From positions 19,034,001-19,098,000 of the forward strand of contig NC_092671.1 of assembly GCF_964355755.1 (NCBI RefSeq): DNA of 64,000 bases, in the 5' to 3' direction. Made by a program: the position numbers and the translations under genes. The notes under the pieces are model-generated. The model worked only from the letters and a program-made list of their open reading frames with translations, had not been told where the DNA came from and did not search any database. The stretch comes from Antedon mediterranea. Taxonomy: Eukaryota > Animalia > Echinodermata. The first letter of the stretch is position 1. Every line of letters starts with the position of its first letter. Positions 13,801 to 27,000 of the stretch are shown here, piece after piece.

Positions 13801-14566
13801 TGACAATCATCTATTTCAGATTACATAACCAAAGTGTACTAAATGTAAAGAATGCAACAGTTGATTTTGATAATGATATAATAACACATTGAAAATTGAT
13901 ATGACAATCATCTATTTCAGATTACATAACCAAAGTGTACTAAATGTAAAGAATGCAACAGTTGATTTTGATAATGATATAATAACACATTGAAAATTGA
14001 TATGACAATCATCTATTTCAGATTACATAACCAAAGTGTACTAAATGTAAAGAATGCAACAGTTGATTTTGATAATGATATAATAACACATTGAAAATTG
14101 ATATGACAATCATCTATTTCAGATTACATAACCAAAGTGTACTAAATGTAAAGAATGCAACAGTTGATTTTGATAATGATATAATAACACATTGAAAATT
14201 GATATGACAATCATCTATTTCAGATTACATAACCAAAGTGTACTAAATGTAAAGAATGCAACAGTTGATTTTGATAATGATATAATAACACATTGAAAAT
14301 TGATATGACAATCATCTATTTCAGATTACATAACCAAAGTGTACTAAATGTAAAGAATGCAACAGTTGATTTTGATAATGATATAATAACACATTGAAAA
14401 TTGATATGACAATCATCTATTTCAGATTACATAACCAAAGTGTACTAAATGTAAAGAATGCAACAGTTGATTTTGATAATGATATAATAACACATTGAAA
14501 ATTGATATGACAATCATCTATTTCAGATTACATAACCAAAGTGTACTAAATGTAAAGAATGCAACA
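10830..14566. repeat. Tandem array, 37 x 101 bp
   Basis: The unit gttgattttgataatg...gtaaagaatgcaaca starts at 10830, 10931 and so on. Total length is 3737 bp, exactly 37 units. No variant copy was seen by eye. Confidence 0.97.
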
Positions 14567-15079
14567 AGAGCAACTAACTAATTACAAATAATTGAAGTTA
14601 TAAATGAAAGATAATATGCAGCAAAAAAACATTTACTTTTTGTATTAAAATAACTGTTGAATTAATCTATAGAATAATTTAACAGTAGGCCCTATTATAT
14701 GTGTAATATTGCAGTGAATGGTATTGTGTATTGTTATTACTGTTTAGGAATTAAACATTATTTTGGAATTCTGTTCTTTTATGAACAGGCTTCGCCCAAT
14801 ACATTGTTGTTTGATAATGAATTTGATTATAATTTTGTGTTTATTAATCTTTCACTACATTTTTGAATATTATTAGTAAAAAATTCTTAATCAGCCACAC
14901 ACGAGAGAAAAATAAAATAAAAACTAGACCAGCTCTAAAAACATATTAATTAAGGAGCACCATTTGTCTTGAACACATTGTGAAATGGAACCCCAATGCT
15001 GTTATACTGTACAACTACATTATTCTATACAGTCTCAAGTAGAATAGTAACAACATTTTCAAAAAAACATTATTATTGA

Positions 15080-18000
15080 TTATAACCTGGATGTAAAGTT
15101 TTCTGGAAATATGCCTTTAACATCCGAGTTCTCTATCCTACCCATAAGCCATCCATCCTCCTGCAAACATAAGCATATTTGCATTTAGTTTTTATCTTAA
15201 AATGTGTTAATTTTTACAAGACACTAGTTTAATGTTTTAAAGATTTTTACAAATCATTAAAAATTGCCAAACAGTGGCACACAGATTAGGTTCTGAACTT
15301 ACATTCTTCACTGTTTCTTTCTGGCAATGTATCAACTAGTGGCAAACAGTTGCACAATTGTGTAACTTTTGTCAAATGTCACATAAAGGTCATTTATTAT
15401 AAACAAAATGAATAAAAGGCTACTTTTGTCACAATAACATAGTACTCTTTTCCAATTTGTTGAGTGTCCACAGATTTTTATGGTTAAATGTCATAAAAAT
15501 GCATTTCAAACTCCTGTATGCTTTATTTCTAAAAGTATAGCATCTTTTCCACGAAGAAACAGAGGGTGCTGTTTACAATTTGAGAAACTCACTTGAATAA
15601 AAAACACTGTCTGAATGTCAACTATTTTATGACAAATGTGACTGAAACGTTCTACGCAATTCGACAAAATAAACACTGTCTTCACTAGTGGTTACCAAGA
15701 TATAAACCATTTAGATAGTTTGGCTGTCAATTCATTACTCGCTTAGTGAACACTATTAAGACCGGTCCCACCCTGACTCGACAGAGCAAAGTGAAAACGA
15801 GTTCCAATACTGGACAAGCATCAGTACTGTGATGCAATAACAGGCTGGCTAGCCTAGGCCTATTAGTAGGTATTTAGTGGTGTAATTTTTTACTTGAAAT
15901 GAATGGGGATGTGCTGATTTTTTAACACAAGTAAAAGAAAATCATACCTCATCATCTGGTTCATCATAGTTAATCACAAAAATCACATCTCCTTTCTTAA
16001 ATGTTAACTCATCATCGTCCTTCCTTTCATAATCATGAATAGCTTGAACCTAATGACCAACAGAAAAAATCAACTCAATTGAATAAACAAACTTGTTCAC
16101 ACACACACAGAGTTAAGCGTGCATAGAATGGAGTTTATTATAGAGATACATTCTATCTACGATGGGTTTCATAAAGTAACATTAAAAAAATGATTGACTA
16201 ACTCCGATAGAGAAAGAGCGTGTAAATAGCTGACTGTAAATCAGTTCTCACAACTTACTTCATTGATTACAGAATATTACAGATGTTAATGATAATAATA
16301 CTGAAGATGTACCTTGTATAAAACACCTGAGGGTAAGTCTCCATTTTGAGTGGCAGGGGGGCTTGAAGGAATATTAGCAGGCCTTGCAGGGGGAGGATGC
16401 TGGTATTCATGATCATCGTCATTCAAATCTTCTGGTATGGCCTAAAAATAAAATATTATTAAATCATTATCGAAACACAATAATACTAAATTAACATTAC
16501 AATATAAATGTAATGTAAAATAAAATGCAACAACTGTTACCAGGACACCACATGATATTATCTGTCTTTCCATGCAATTACATGCGTACAAATTTGAAAA
16601 CTGGCATAAAAAATGAATAACAATATGTGACAATATTCATTAGTCCTTTTCACACAGAGATGTGTAATGATAATATCATTGCAATATGCCGGGTTGCTTT
16701 CATTAGATGACTGCATCTGGACCAAGTCATATCTTTTAACATTATGGTCATTACGGTCTGATCTGTGTGAAAGATGGCAACTTAAGCAACCAAATAAGGG
16801 TTAAAGTTTGAAACATCCAGTCACAATTTTTCTTGCACTCTATTTCTATTCTGTGAAACATGTTGTGACACAGGAAACTGCATATTTTACAAATAATGAA
16901 GGTTTATGAGTTGAAAAATTGACTGCTCTGTTTTCATTGAATGAAATATTCTCTCCATTCAAATACGAAACATTCATTATTTGTTCTATACTTTTATTCA
17001 ATTTATCCAATGTGAATAATTGAGGAATGATGCTAGGACTGGAAGCTGCCATTCAAAAAGACAGTGCTCAAACTTTACACACAGAGTATATCAGTTATAG
17101 ATGGCGCTCGCACAACATTGATTGGCAAAAATTCTCACAATTTTTACAGAAATATTAACATGCATTAGAGCGCATTATTTATCACCATTAGATAAAACTT
17201 TTCTGGGTAGGGCTAATTTCAAATGACATGTTATGAGTAATTAACCAATCAAATTGCAGGAATACAATCAGGTGTGTTATAATACCTTATGTTTAAAAGG
17301 ATCTAGGCAGAAAATAGGGAGTTTTCAGCAGAATTAGTAAACCTTAAATGTTAACGTTATATCCCAATATGCAATGCACAAGCTCCAACCAATTTGTAAA
17401 CAAATTGATCTGTCCATGCAGAAACAAAATGTCAATGCGAGTAAAAGGCCAGACTTAGATATACCTTCCATCGTGTCTTTTTAAATACCAGCATGTTGTG
17501 TGTGCGCTATACATATATTGATTGATTTCAAAGCTTCTGAATCAAAACACAACTTTTAGAGTAAGTATGCTGTCATGAAATTAATAGAATGATCCGTTAA
17601 AGTTACATCTTCCACCCAAAACTCCATATTTTGCTGTATCGCAACACTACCACAATTTCTGTCTGCTATCATCCAAGAAATATCTCAGTAATCTTTACAG
17701 GTAAATATTACAAAGCTATTAAAAGGTTAATAACTAAACTTGATTACTTCAAAATAAACATGCAATTTTGTGTTAAATATTTGGATTATACACACTGTAG
17801 GCACCTGATAATTGTGATCTTCACTGTCATCTTCATTGTCATTTGTAAACTGTGGTGGATCTGGTTTAGGAATATCCATTGTTCTTGTGGAGGAGATGGA
17901 GAACATACTATTATTGTCGCCACCTCCTATACTTGATGGACTTGTTGGACTTATTGGATGTAGTCCTGCTTCTGAATTACTGAAAAAGAACAGTATCATA

Positions 18001-21000
18001 AATAATAACAACAATAATATTTGTTCTTATAATACATATGGAAACATATTCCCATAATACAGCTTGTAATCAGCGCAAATTGTGTCTTGATCTAACCGGG
18101 TACCCATTTATACACCAGAGAGGAGAGAGACAAACGTAAGTAATGTGTCTTGCCTCAGGATACAAGCAAGGCAGAGAGAGTTGGATTCAAACTCATGAGT
18201 AAAATCAACTTTATTCAAATCAGTTAATAATATTTTGTAAGAGTTTACAATTCCCATTTCATGAATTGATTAACAATAATTTTCTTCTTAAACATAATAC
18301 ATTTATAAATAATGATTTTTTTAAAATCATTTTTAAACAGCGAGTAAAATTACGACCAATTTTATCTATATTATTAAGTAGTTATTTGTTTGTTTTTATA
18401 TAAACTAATATAGTACTAAATTGTATCTGTTTGTGTACCAGCATACACTGTATTTGTAATTCTTATTTATTCTTATACACACTTTAGACATAGCACAGTA
18501 TTTGACTAAGGAGTCAAGAGGAAACTAGGGTGTACAATTATACATGCATTAAAAATCCAATTTAGCCTACATCGCGAATTTAGCCTAAAGTAGGGGGTGA
18601 GATTATGAGCATAGGATTCTACTAGGTGAAATATGACAACAGCATTACAAAATATTGTGAATGAAAAATGTATCTTGTATCTGTGTGAAAATGTATCTTA
18701 AAAGATAACATTTATTGTAAGTATTTATTCCTGTATGCTTGTTGTTGGAATATGAATTTATACTTACTCCTATCCCTTTAATTTACAAGTTTTACCTGAG
18801 CTACCTTGCATGAGTAAATGTCAAATAGCGGAAAAGCATTGTCATTAATTACTGTACTAAATCACACATAATCCCTACACAAAAGTTGAATATTAATGTT
18901 CCATGTATGATATTAGTATCAGTATATGTCAAGCCATTTCATTCTGGTCCTTAAATGAATTTACCACTTAAACCTGAATTTGTGAAGGGCAGGGGTGAAT
19001 GAATGAATTTTAAAGAAATCTCTACCTTCTTGTAACATTGTATGTGCCTTTGCTTCCTTCCTCAAACAGTTTATCCATAACTGAGTTTAGCTGTAAACTT
19101 GTTTTACCTATTTCAGAATGGAATGTTCCCTCAGTTGAACTGATCAATTGAAATGTTGATGCATAAAATGGAATGCGGCTGAGAAGAAAAAAACATTAAT
19201 CAAAGATTTAGGCAACCCATGTTATTCAGTAACTGGATTTTCCAGCTCTGTAAAACTAGCTTGATTTTGTCCTAAGCAACATTGCTTCTCAACTCACGAT
19301 AGTGGTTTGCACTACATTTTTTTTTGGTCAATATAAACAGAGATCAGTTAATTTTCAATTAATTAAAAATAATTTCTTTTTCGGTATAATCATTTCTTTT
19401 TTAAACCTACAAATACAATATAAAAAGAATATATAATAATGATTAAAAATCAAATACAAACCTGTCATAGAGATTTGGTAGTTCATCTAAAAGTTCATTG
19501 TTAATATCTTCATAACTTGTTCTTGCCAAATCAAATTGCTCCTGAGCCTGTAAGGATTACATTAAGAATATCACAAAAACAGATAAAATACATTAAAGTG
19601 TATCACATTCAGAAAACACTCCTATTCAGGCCAAATGGTTTAGCCCAAATTTGTTTTAATCACCAATATAAACCAATTTGATCAATCACTTTTATTCACA
19701 TGAATCATACATATAAAAACAATGATTTGAAAATGTTTGAAAAAGAAAAGTAACATTTAATTAGTTACTCAATTTATTATCATTATACTGGATTTCATTG
19801 GGTGGTAAAAATCAATACTGAAAGTATGTACCAACTTTCTATTCTATTGAGTAAATGTTCTAGAAGTTAAGCATGATTTACTGTAATTTGCCCATAAATT
19901 TATAATAGATTAATTGTCTATATTTGTATCATTTGGCAGTAATTGCCTTCCATATTTTCTTCCTTCTTGAGATGATACAGACTCTGTTTTGTGACCTAAC
20001 CTAGTAATTACTGTTTAGGGACAAAGCTTAAAAAAATTTTGCGTGGGAGATAACAACTTCATAGATGTCTATCTTGGGTTATTAATATTTGATACAGAAA
20101 AAATGATAGATTAAATATATCACTAATATAATAATTTACTACTTTTTCAAATTAATATATTTTATAAATGCAATGATGATTTGTGACGATTTTTTGTATT
20201 GGAGGCAAAGATGCAAAAAAACCTTTGGTCGACCTCTACTTAAAAAAGTCTAGTGAAATAAGATTTTAGTCTTGATGACCATACAGTGCATAAGGGTTAA
20301 ATAGTGGCAAAGGGGAAAAGACTCGGCAAACCATAGTCATAAGGTACTTCCTGACCACAGTTCTGGTGGGGCTTCTCAGTGTAAGCTTACTTAAAAATAA
20401 CCCAGTGCATGTTAATTAAAATCACATACCTTTGCTACCCTGCTTTCATCCTTCTTATTTTTGCTGGCTTCTACAGCATGGCGTGCACTATCATAATCTA
20501 TCATTTTTCGCCCTCTTTTTTCAATACGTCTCTATAAACGCAACAAAATTCATTCATTATGACAGCCACATTTCTGTGCCAACAGCCAACTTTCACTTCA
20601 CCTACGCTATTGTGTTGAACGCCTCATGATCAAGGAATTTATTGGGTCAGCCAAAAAAGGAATACATTATACTTTATGGCCATATCAAATTGGCATTAGT
20701 GTATCAAAAATTATTTTAAAAGTCCAGAATGTTGAGGTGCTGAAGTATACACAAAGTATACTATAGAATGATCTAAAATGTGATTGGCCACCTGTAGTTG
20801 GGCTTATGTCAGGGTTTCTGAATTTTTGGCCATCTGGTTTTGGGGAGAAATAAATGCATACCTTGACTTCAGGGAATTTTGATTGATACGATAAGAGTGG
20901 ATTGAAAACTTGTTCCACAAGCCGATTCTGATAATCCTCCCATAGCAAATCAGAAGTCTGTTGAAAAAAAACCATATGGATTAATAGGACAAAAAAAGTC

Positions 21001-24000
21001 AATGATCTAATCAAGGCACTGATACATCATTGTATTAGAACAAAACAATGGGTTTTACTCAATCTCTATAGATCCTAAGGAATTTAATTTAAATTTTTAA
21101 AGAAAATAGAATATATATTATACTATTATTTCGCTATTTTCTGTAGGTCTTCATAAAGAATTAAACTAGGGCAAATGGGTAAGAACACCAAATTTGCTGT
21201 GGGTTAAGACTTGACATGTTTCTGGTAGTGTAAGAGATATCCTTTGCATTAAGACATCAATAATTTTTTTTTTTTAGGAAACTTCCCCCATGACTAGGGA
21301 TTCCCTATTTTTAGGGGATTCCCCCATGATTAGGGGATTCCCCCATGATTAGGGGATTCCCCCATGATTAGGGGATTCCCCCATGATTAGGGGATTCCCC
21401 CATGATTAGGGGATTCCCCCATGATTAGGAGATTCCCCCATGATTAGGAGATTCCTCCATTATTAGGAGATTTCCCTATAATTACAGGATTCCCCATAAT
21501 TAATTAGTAGATTCACCCATGTTTCTAAAATTGTTAGACCTTTCCAGAGCCAGTCCAACAACAATCTAGAAAGCCTATTACCTAACATGCTTAATTAACT
21601 ACCAGCCAGCAAAATACCAGAAGGTATAAAAAAAATCATAAAGTATTGCAATGTGTTTGATCATGTCTAAGCCTGGGGCAGATAGAAATACCTTCTTTTG
21701 ATTATTTCAAACCTGTACTATTACTATAAAGGTTAATATTAACTCGAAAATATTTTAGGTTTGAAGTCGGTTTCATTTCCAGGTAACCTTGGAAGTATTT
21801 TTAAATCGCAGACACAATTTCTAAATGTTCTCAGGCTCACCTGTCGCATTGTGCCAACGCTTTCATGTCCGTTCCAATCTGGTTCATATATTGACTCTAA
21901 AGCTTCATGCAGTGATCTTGTAGCTGCACTCATAGCTAAAATAAAAAGTATTTTTTTATACAACTACATTATTTAATTTACTATTACACAAACTAGTAGT
22001 TTAGTAGTACAGAAGCTGGTAGTCAACTAAAAAGTGGGTTCTTTTTCTGTTCAGGCACATTACACTTGGAATCTATTAAGTATTATCTCTTAAAACTAAT
22101 CATTTTTGTAAATAACTTTAATTGAGTTAATTGATTGACTGCGCCTTTGATAATTTTGCAATTGGAATCAATTTTCTGCACGAATCATGGAAAGGGTACA
22201 GTATTTTGCATTCACTCCATATAGCATCAAGACATGATACTTTGCCGACATAGTAGTAGGAGTTGGTTTAGATCAAACAAGATAAACTATATACTGTAGT
22301 CACGTTGACAACTGAGGTATAGATGGAATTTGAGGTAGTAACTTATTAGTGAATTACAACAGATATAAAATTGTTTTAATAACTAAAAATAATCTTTCAT
22401 CTTTATCTTTTTTTATTATCTAATTATATTTTCAATTTAAAGGTACTGTAGGCGCAATTACTGTATTCAAAGAGTTTCCTGCATAGCTAATTGTTTTACT
22501 TTTTTAGGGAGCAGTCAACCAGATTTGCATAGCCTAAATTAATGATTTAATGGATAATGTGAGTGGTCACCTAGCATATCACATCAACATCTTTCAAGTA
22601 GTTCTAAAAAGCCTTAATTTACTTACATTTAACACAGTCAATATATCGTTTCAATTCTTTTTGTAATCTGTTAGCTGACAACACCTGGTTATTAAAGTTA
22701 TGTACATATAATTCAAACATTTGATCCTTGGTTTCGTCGGCCTTACCAAGTTTCTGCAACACCTGTAAAGACAACACCAATTAATAATTCATCTAAATCA
22801 AATACTGTAGGTATTTTGTTTTATTCAATATTGTAGATTACCGTTTTAGGTTGTTACTTGGTAAAAGGGCAATTCAATTTCCGTGGCGGTTTCGAGATTT
22901 TGAAATAAGGGGGGGGGGGGGGAAGTAAGCAAGGGTTTAAAATTAGTGCTAACCTAATGTTATATTATTTAATTTAATTATTTGTTTATGAATCCCACCA
23001 ATTTGGTTGTACAGTCATTAAAGTAACTACTATTTTCCTCTATGTACATCAAGGAGTGGAACTATTTCCTTATTAAATGAGTACTACATTTATATAAAAC
23101 TTTTCTGTTCTAATCTATGATTATGTATTGTGTGGGTTTCTATTACAGGATATACTGTAAAAGCTTTTAAAAATGTTTTGCAACATCAGTGCACACCAGT
23201 TGGACAAAAAAGGCCACAGTGAAACTTTAGTTTGAAAAGAAAAAGAAAGGTTTATGTGCCCATAGAAATATTTAATGTCTATTGGCACATGTGGCCAAGG
23301 ATTACCAATAGTAAATTAATCACTGTCCTATCAGATAGGTGGTAATCCCCCTGATAAAAAAGGGGCTATTTTGTGAAGTTCACCAAGGGTAACCACTCAC
23401 TTTTTCAAATAAAGAACTGGGTTATAACTGTCCTCTGGATCTACAGTACAAGTTATAGTCCTTATCCGAGAAGACTTGTTCTACCACCAGAACTAGGAGC
23501 GAGTCGGGCTCTGACCCATGCCGATATTGTTGGCTCTTTAGATACAGCACCCCTGCCTTAACCGCTCGGCCATTTGACTCGCCTTAAAACTATAATATAT
23601 ACATACTTAAGACAGAACAAGATACAGCACCCCTGCCTTAACCGCTCAGCCATTTGACTCGCCTTAAAGCTATAATATTTATATATATATAACAAATGTG
23701 CAGAGGTGTACACTTTAGTTTGCAAACTTGAGCAAACTCCAAGTTTGCTAGTGTACTGTAGAAGACAAGAATTCTGTCAGTGTGGACAAAGGAAATCAGG
23801 TCTCATTTGAATTGTCAAAAGAATACTTTCTGGATTTCTAAAACTGTGTCAGAAATATCAATATGGAAGCAATGAGGATAAGAGTACGTAAATATTGACT
23901 CATGGTTCCTGGTTGTTTTGTAGCTGCACGTTGTCGAAGGAAGGTCAAAAAAATAATGGTCAATGAACTATCCTACAGAAATATTATTTTTAATTAAATT

Positions 24001-27000
24001 TGCAACAATGATCTGCATCATAATTACTGGATGGATATAACAATTCAACTGTACCTTGTCCTTGTTTAAAAAAAAAATATGTTTAACACATCGAATTTAA
24101 AATTCTTATTCTATTTTGATTATTAGCAATGCTTTGGGTTGTCTACAGTATTAGCATAGGCCTAGTAGTAGTACAGTATTAGCATAGGCCTAGTAGTAGT
24201 ACAGTATTAGCATAGGCCTAGTAGTAGTACAGTATTAGCATAGGCCTAGTAGTAGTACAGTATTAGCATAGGCCTAGTAGTAGTACAGTATTAGCATAGG
24301 CCTAGTAGTAGTACAGTATTAGCATAGGCCTAGTAGTACTAGTAGTACTAGTAGTACAGTATTAGCATAGGCCTAGTAGTAGTACTGTATTAGCATAGGC
24401 CTAGTAGTAGTACAGTATTAAAAATAAATCTTTATTGGAAACGACACCTTTATATCGTGACACACGTGTCAAACGGTGCGTCCAAGAACAAATCAAAACT
24501 TATAATAAAAATGACAATAAATATACAAAAGTTAATAAAATGTAAAAAATAATTCAAAGAACTAATTATGTACAGATTAAACTTATAAAGAAGAACAACA
24601 CAAAAAAATTACTTATGGCATCAGGTATTACTATAGTAGATAGTAAACGTTTATTAATAGCAAGGGCTTACACTCATTAATAGAAGAAGTTTAGTAATTG
24701 ATTACTTAGTAGATTTCACTACACTGTATTAGAAGCTTTTGACTATCAATTATCAAAATCAGTTTTTTATTTTGAAGAGAAAATCAATTCAAAGTACCAT
24801 TTCATCAATTTAAACAACAAGGCAGAAGTGGTATTGAAATATCAATATTGGTTCCAATTATACTAAAACTATTTATTTTGTAATCAATAATAAGCAATTT
24901 TGTACGCTAATAAAAACAAGACAATGGACTTAATATAATGAAATTGTTACCGTTTAAACACTAGTGTCAAAATGAATGCAAACAGATGTTCTCATTTTTA
25001 TTATTAAAGTGCAGATATTCAAAAATAAATCTCAAACTAAGATTGTTATTAGGATAAATTCTTTGGTGATATTATTATGTGTACAATAAATGGGTCATGT
25101 CAAACTTTGAGTATGCCTTCATATAGTAGTACAATTATGCTATCATGTAGTAAAGTACAATCATGGACATATAAATATAGGTCCATGGTACAATTACTGT
25201 AAAATTAATGGTAAATAAGTTTATCGGTAGGCTCTTTGTATATGTGTGATAATTAAATTCAAAGCTATCAGAATTTACGAGAATGCAGTTAGCATTGGCA
25301 GTAACAGTAGTTTAGAAGTCAAGTTGCATTTTCTGTAAACTATCTCTTTGATTTATGGGCATCATATGGGTTAAATATCAACTGTGTTAATGAAGTATAA
25401 AAAGCACTTTATTTTTTAATGTTTACAAAATGAAATGCTTTAAATATTGTATATATATTGAAATTATTAATATCAAAATTGGAATAATTTGGTTACAACA
25501 ATGTCATTTGTGGCATTATCAATTAAGTTTGAACTTTAATTAGAACTTTAGTTAATTAGTTAGGGAGAGAGTGGTTTTAGACACAAAAACACTGTTTTTT
25601 GGTATGACAGTAAAAATATCAGTTTAACTAAAATATTTAAATACTTTCAGTTCTATGGGTATTGTATGTTAACTATTACCTGCAAACCATAGTACTCTAG
25701 CGTCATTTTACAGCTTAGGAAAGTATAGGTGTAACACCCATAAAATCAGTAAGAAATAGGGGGAAGTAGTAGAAATTGTATTTAAATCCTAGGAAGTAAT
25801 CCAAATACCCAAATGAAGGCTGTCTGTGTTTTCTGATGTAACAAATGAAATGTAGGTATAACTACAGTACTGTCATTTACAGTATACAACACAATACTAA
25901 TTACCATTTTGAAACAAATTAAAAGGGCAAAGAAATTGGAAAATTGTTGTGGTTCAATCATACTGTAACGACCTAATTCATGTACTGTAACATTTTGTTT
26001 TTAAAATTATATTATTTAATTTGTAGTTTTTTTTATAAACAATCATTAAACGAGGAAATATATTGAGCAGGGAAGTGTGAAAACAAATTATTATTGTTCA
26101 TTTATACAATGAATTTTGAATCTGTCAATTGATAAGAATTATTACTTGCACATTTATAAATCTACCTAAAATGTAAACACTTTTATTTTTTAACATTATG
26201 GATGGCAGTTACTATTGTACATAGTTTTACTTTTCCTTTAAAGAATATACATTGCATTACCAATACCAGGGAAGAGTGAAATTTCATGCATGTAATAATG
26301 AGTAGATACTGTACAAATACAGTAAGTCTGTTAGGTTACAATTGATTTGAATCAGCACCTGAATTCCATATATAGTGATCACGCTGAAAAGCTTATTAGG
26401 ACTACGTTACAGTATTTGAAAGACATTGTGAAATTTTGGTAATCATTGACATTTAACTTTTTGAGATATTTGTTAAACAAATATCTCAAAAAGTTAAATG
26501 TCAATGATTACCAAAATTTCACAATGTCTTTCAAATACTGTAACGTAGTCCTAATAAGCTTACACAAAAAGTGTACAGAAAGAAGAAGAATAAAGATTTC
26601 ATACAATAACAATAGGTGATCATTTTATTCTAAATGATCACCTAAAAATAACAAATTAGAGAACAAAAATATATAAAGAGAAACCTTATATACATTTATG
26701 AATTACACCAATAATTTTTTTAAGTATTTAAATTTGTGGCATTTTGCATTGGTTTCTCTAGAGTATTCCATAATCTAGCACCATGATATGAAAAACTTTT
26801 TATATTCTGTTTTGGGTTTATCCAATTTTATTACATCCTTTGATCTTTTATTGTATGTGTCTAGTTTGGGTGTAAATAGTTCGTTTAGATACTGCGTTGA
26901 AACACTGGTTCTCGTCAGATCACCAAAGTATTATTTATATATATATATATTTATTTTTTATAGCTTTGTTAATTTTGTTTTTTATAGTTTATTTTGTATT

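Noticed and set aside
10830-14566. CRISPR-like array
   Set aside because: The units are contiguous and identical with no spacers, there are no cas genes, and the context is eukaryotic. The same applies to the 47-bp and 19-bp arrays.
16846-17052. 68-aa ORF as an alternative amphiphysin exon
   Set aside because: No convincing splice sites or recognisable motifs.
18762-18810. Possible amphiphysin micro-exon (strong GTAAGT donor on the minus strand)
   Set aside because: The candidate acceptors tried give a stop or a frameshift, and exons 7 and 8 already join in frame.
23495-23586. tRNA gene on the minus strand
   Set aside because: An A box is present but the B box and cloverleaf are degenerate, and it continues into a SINE body.
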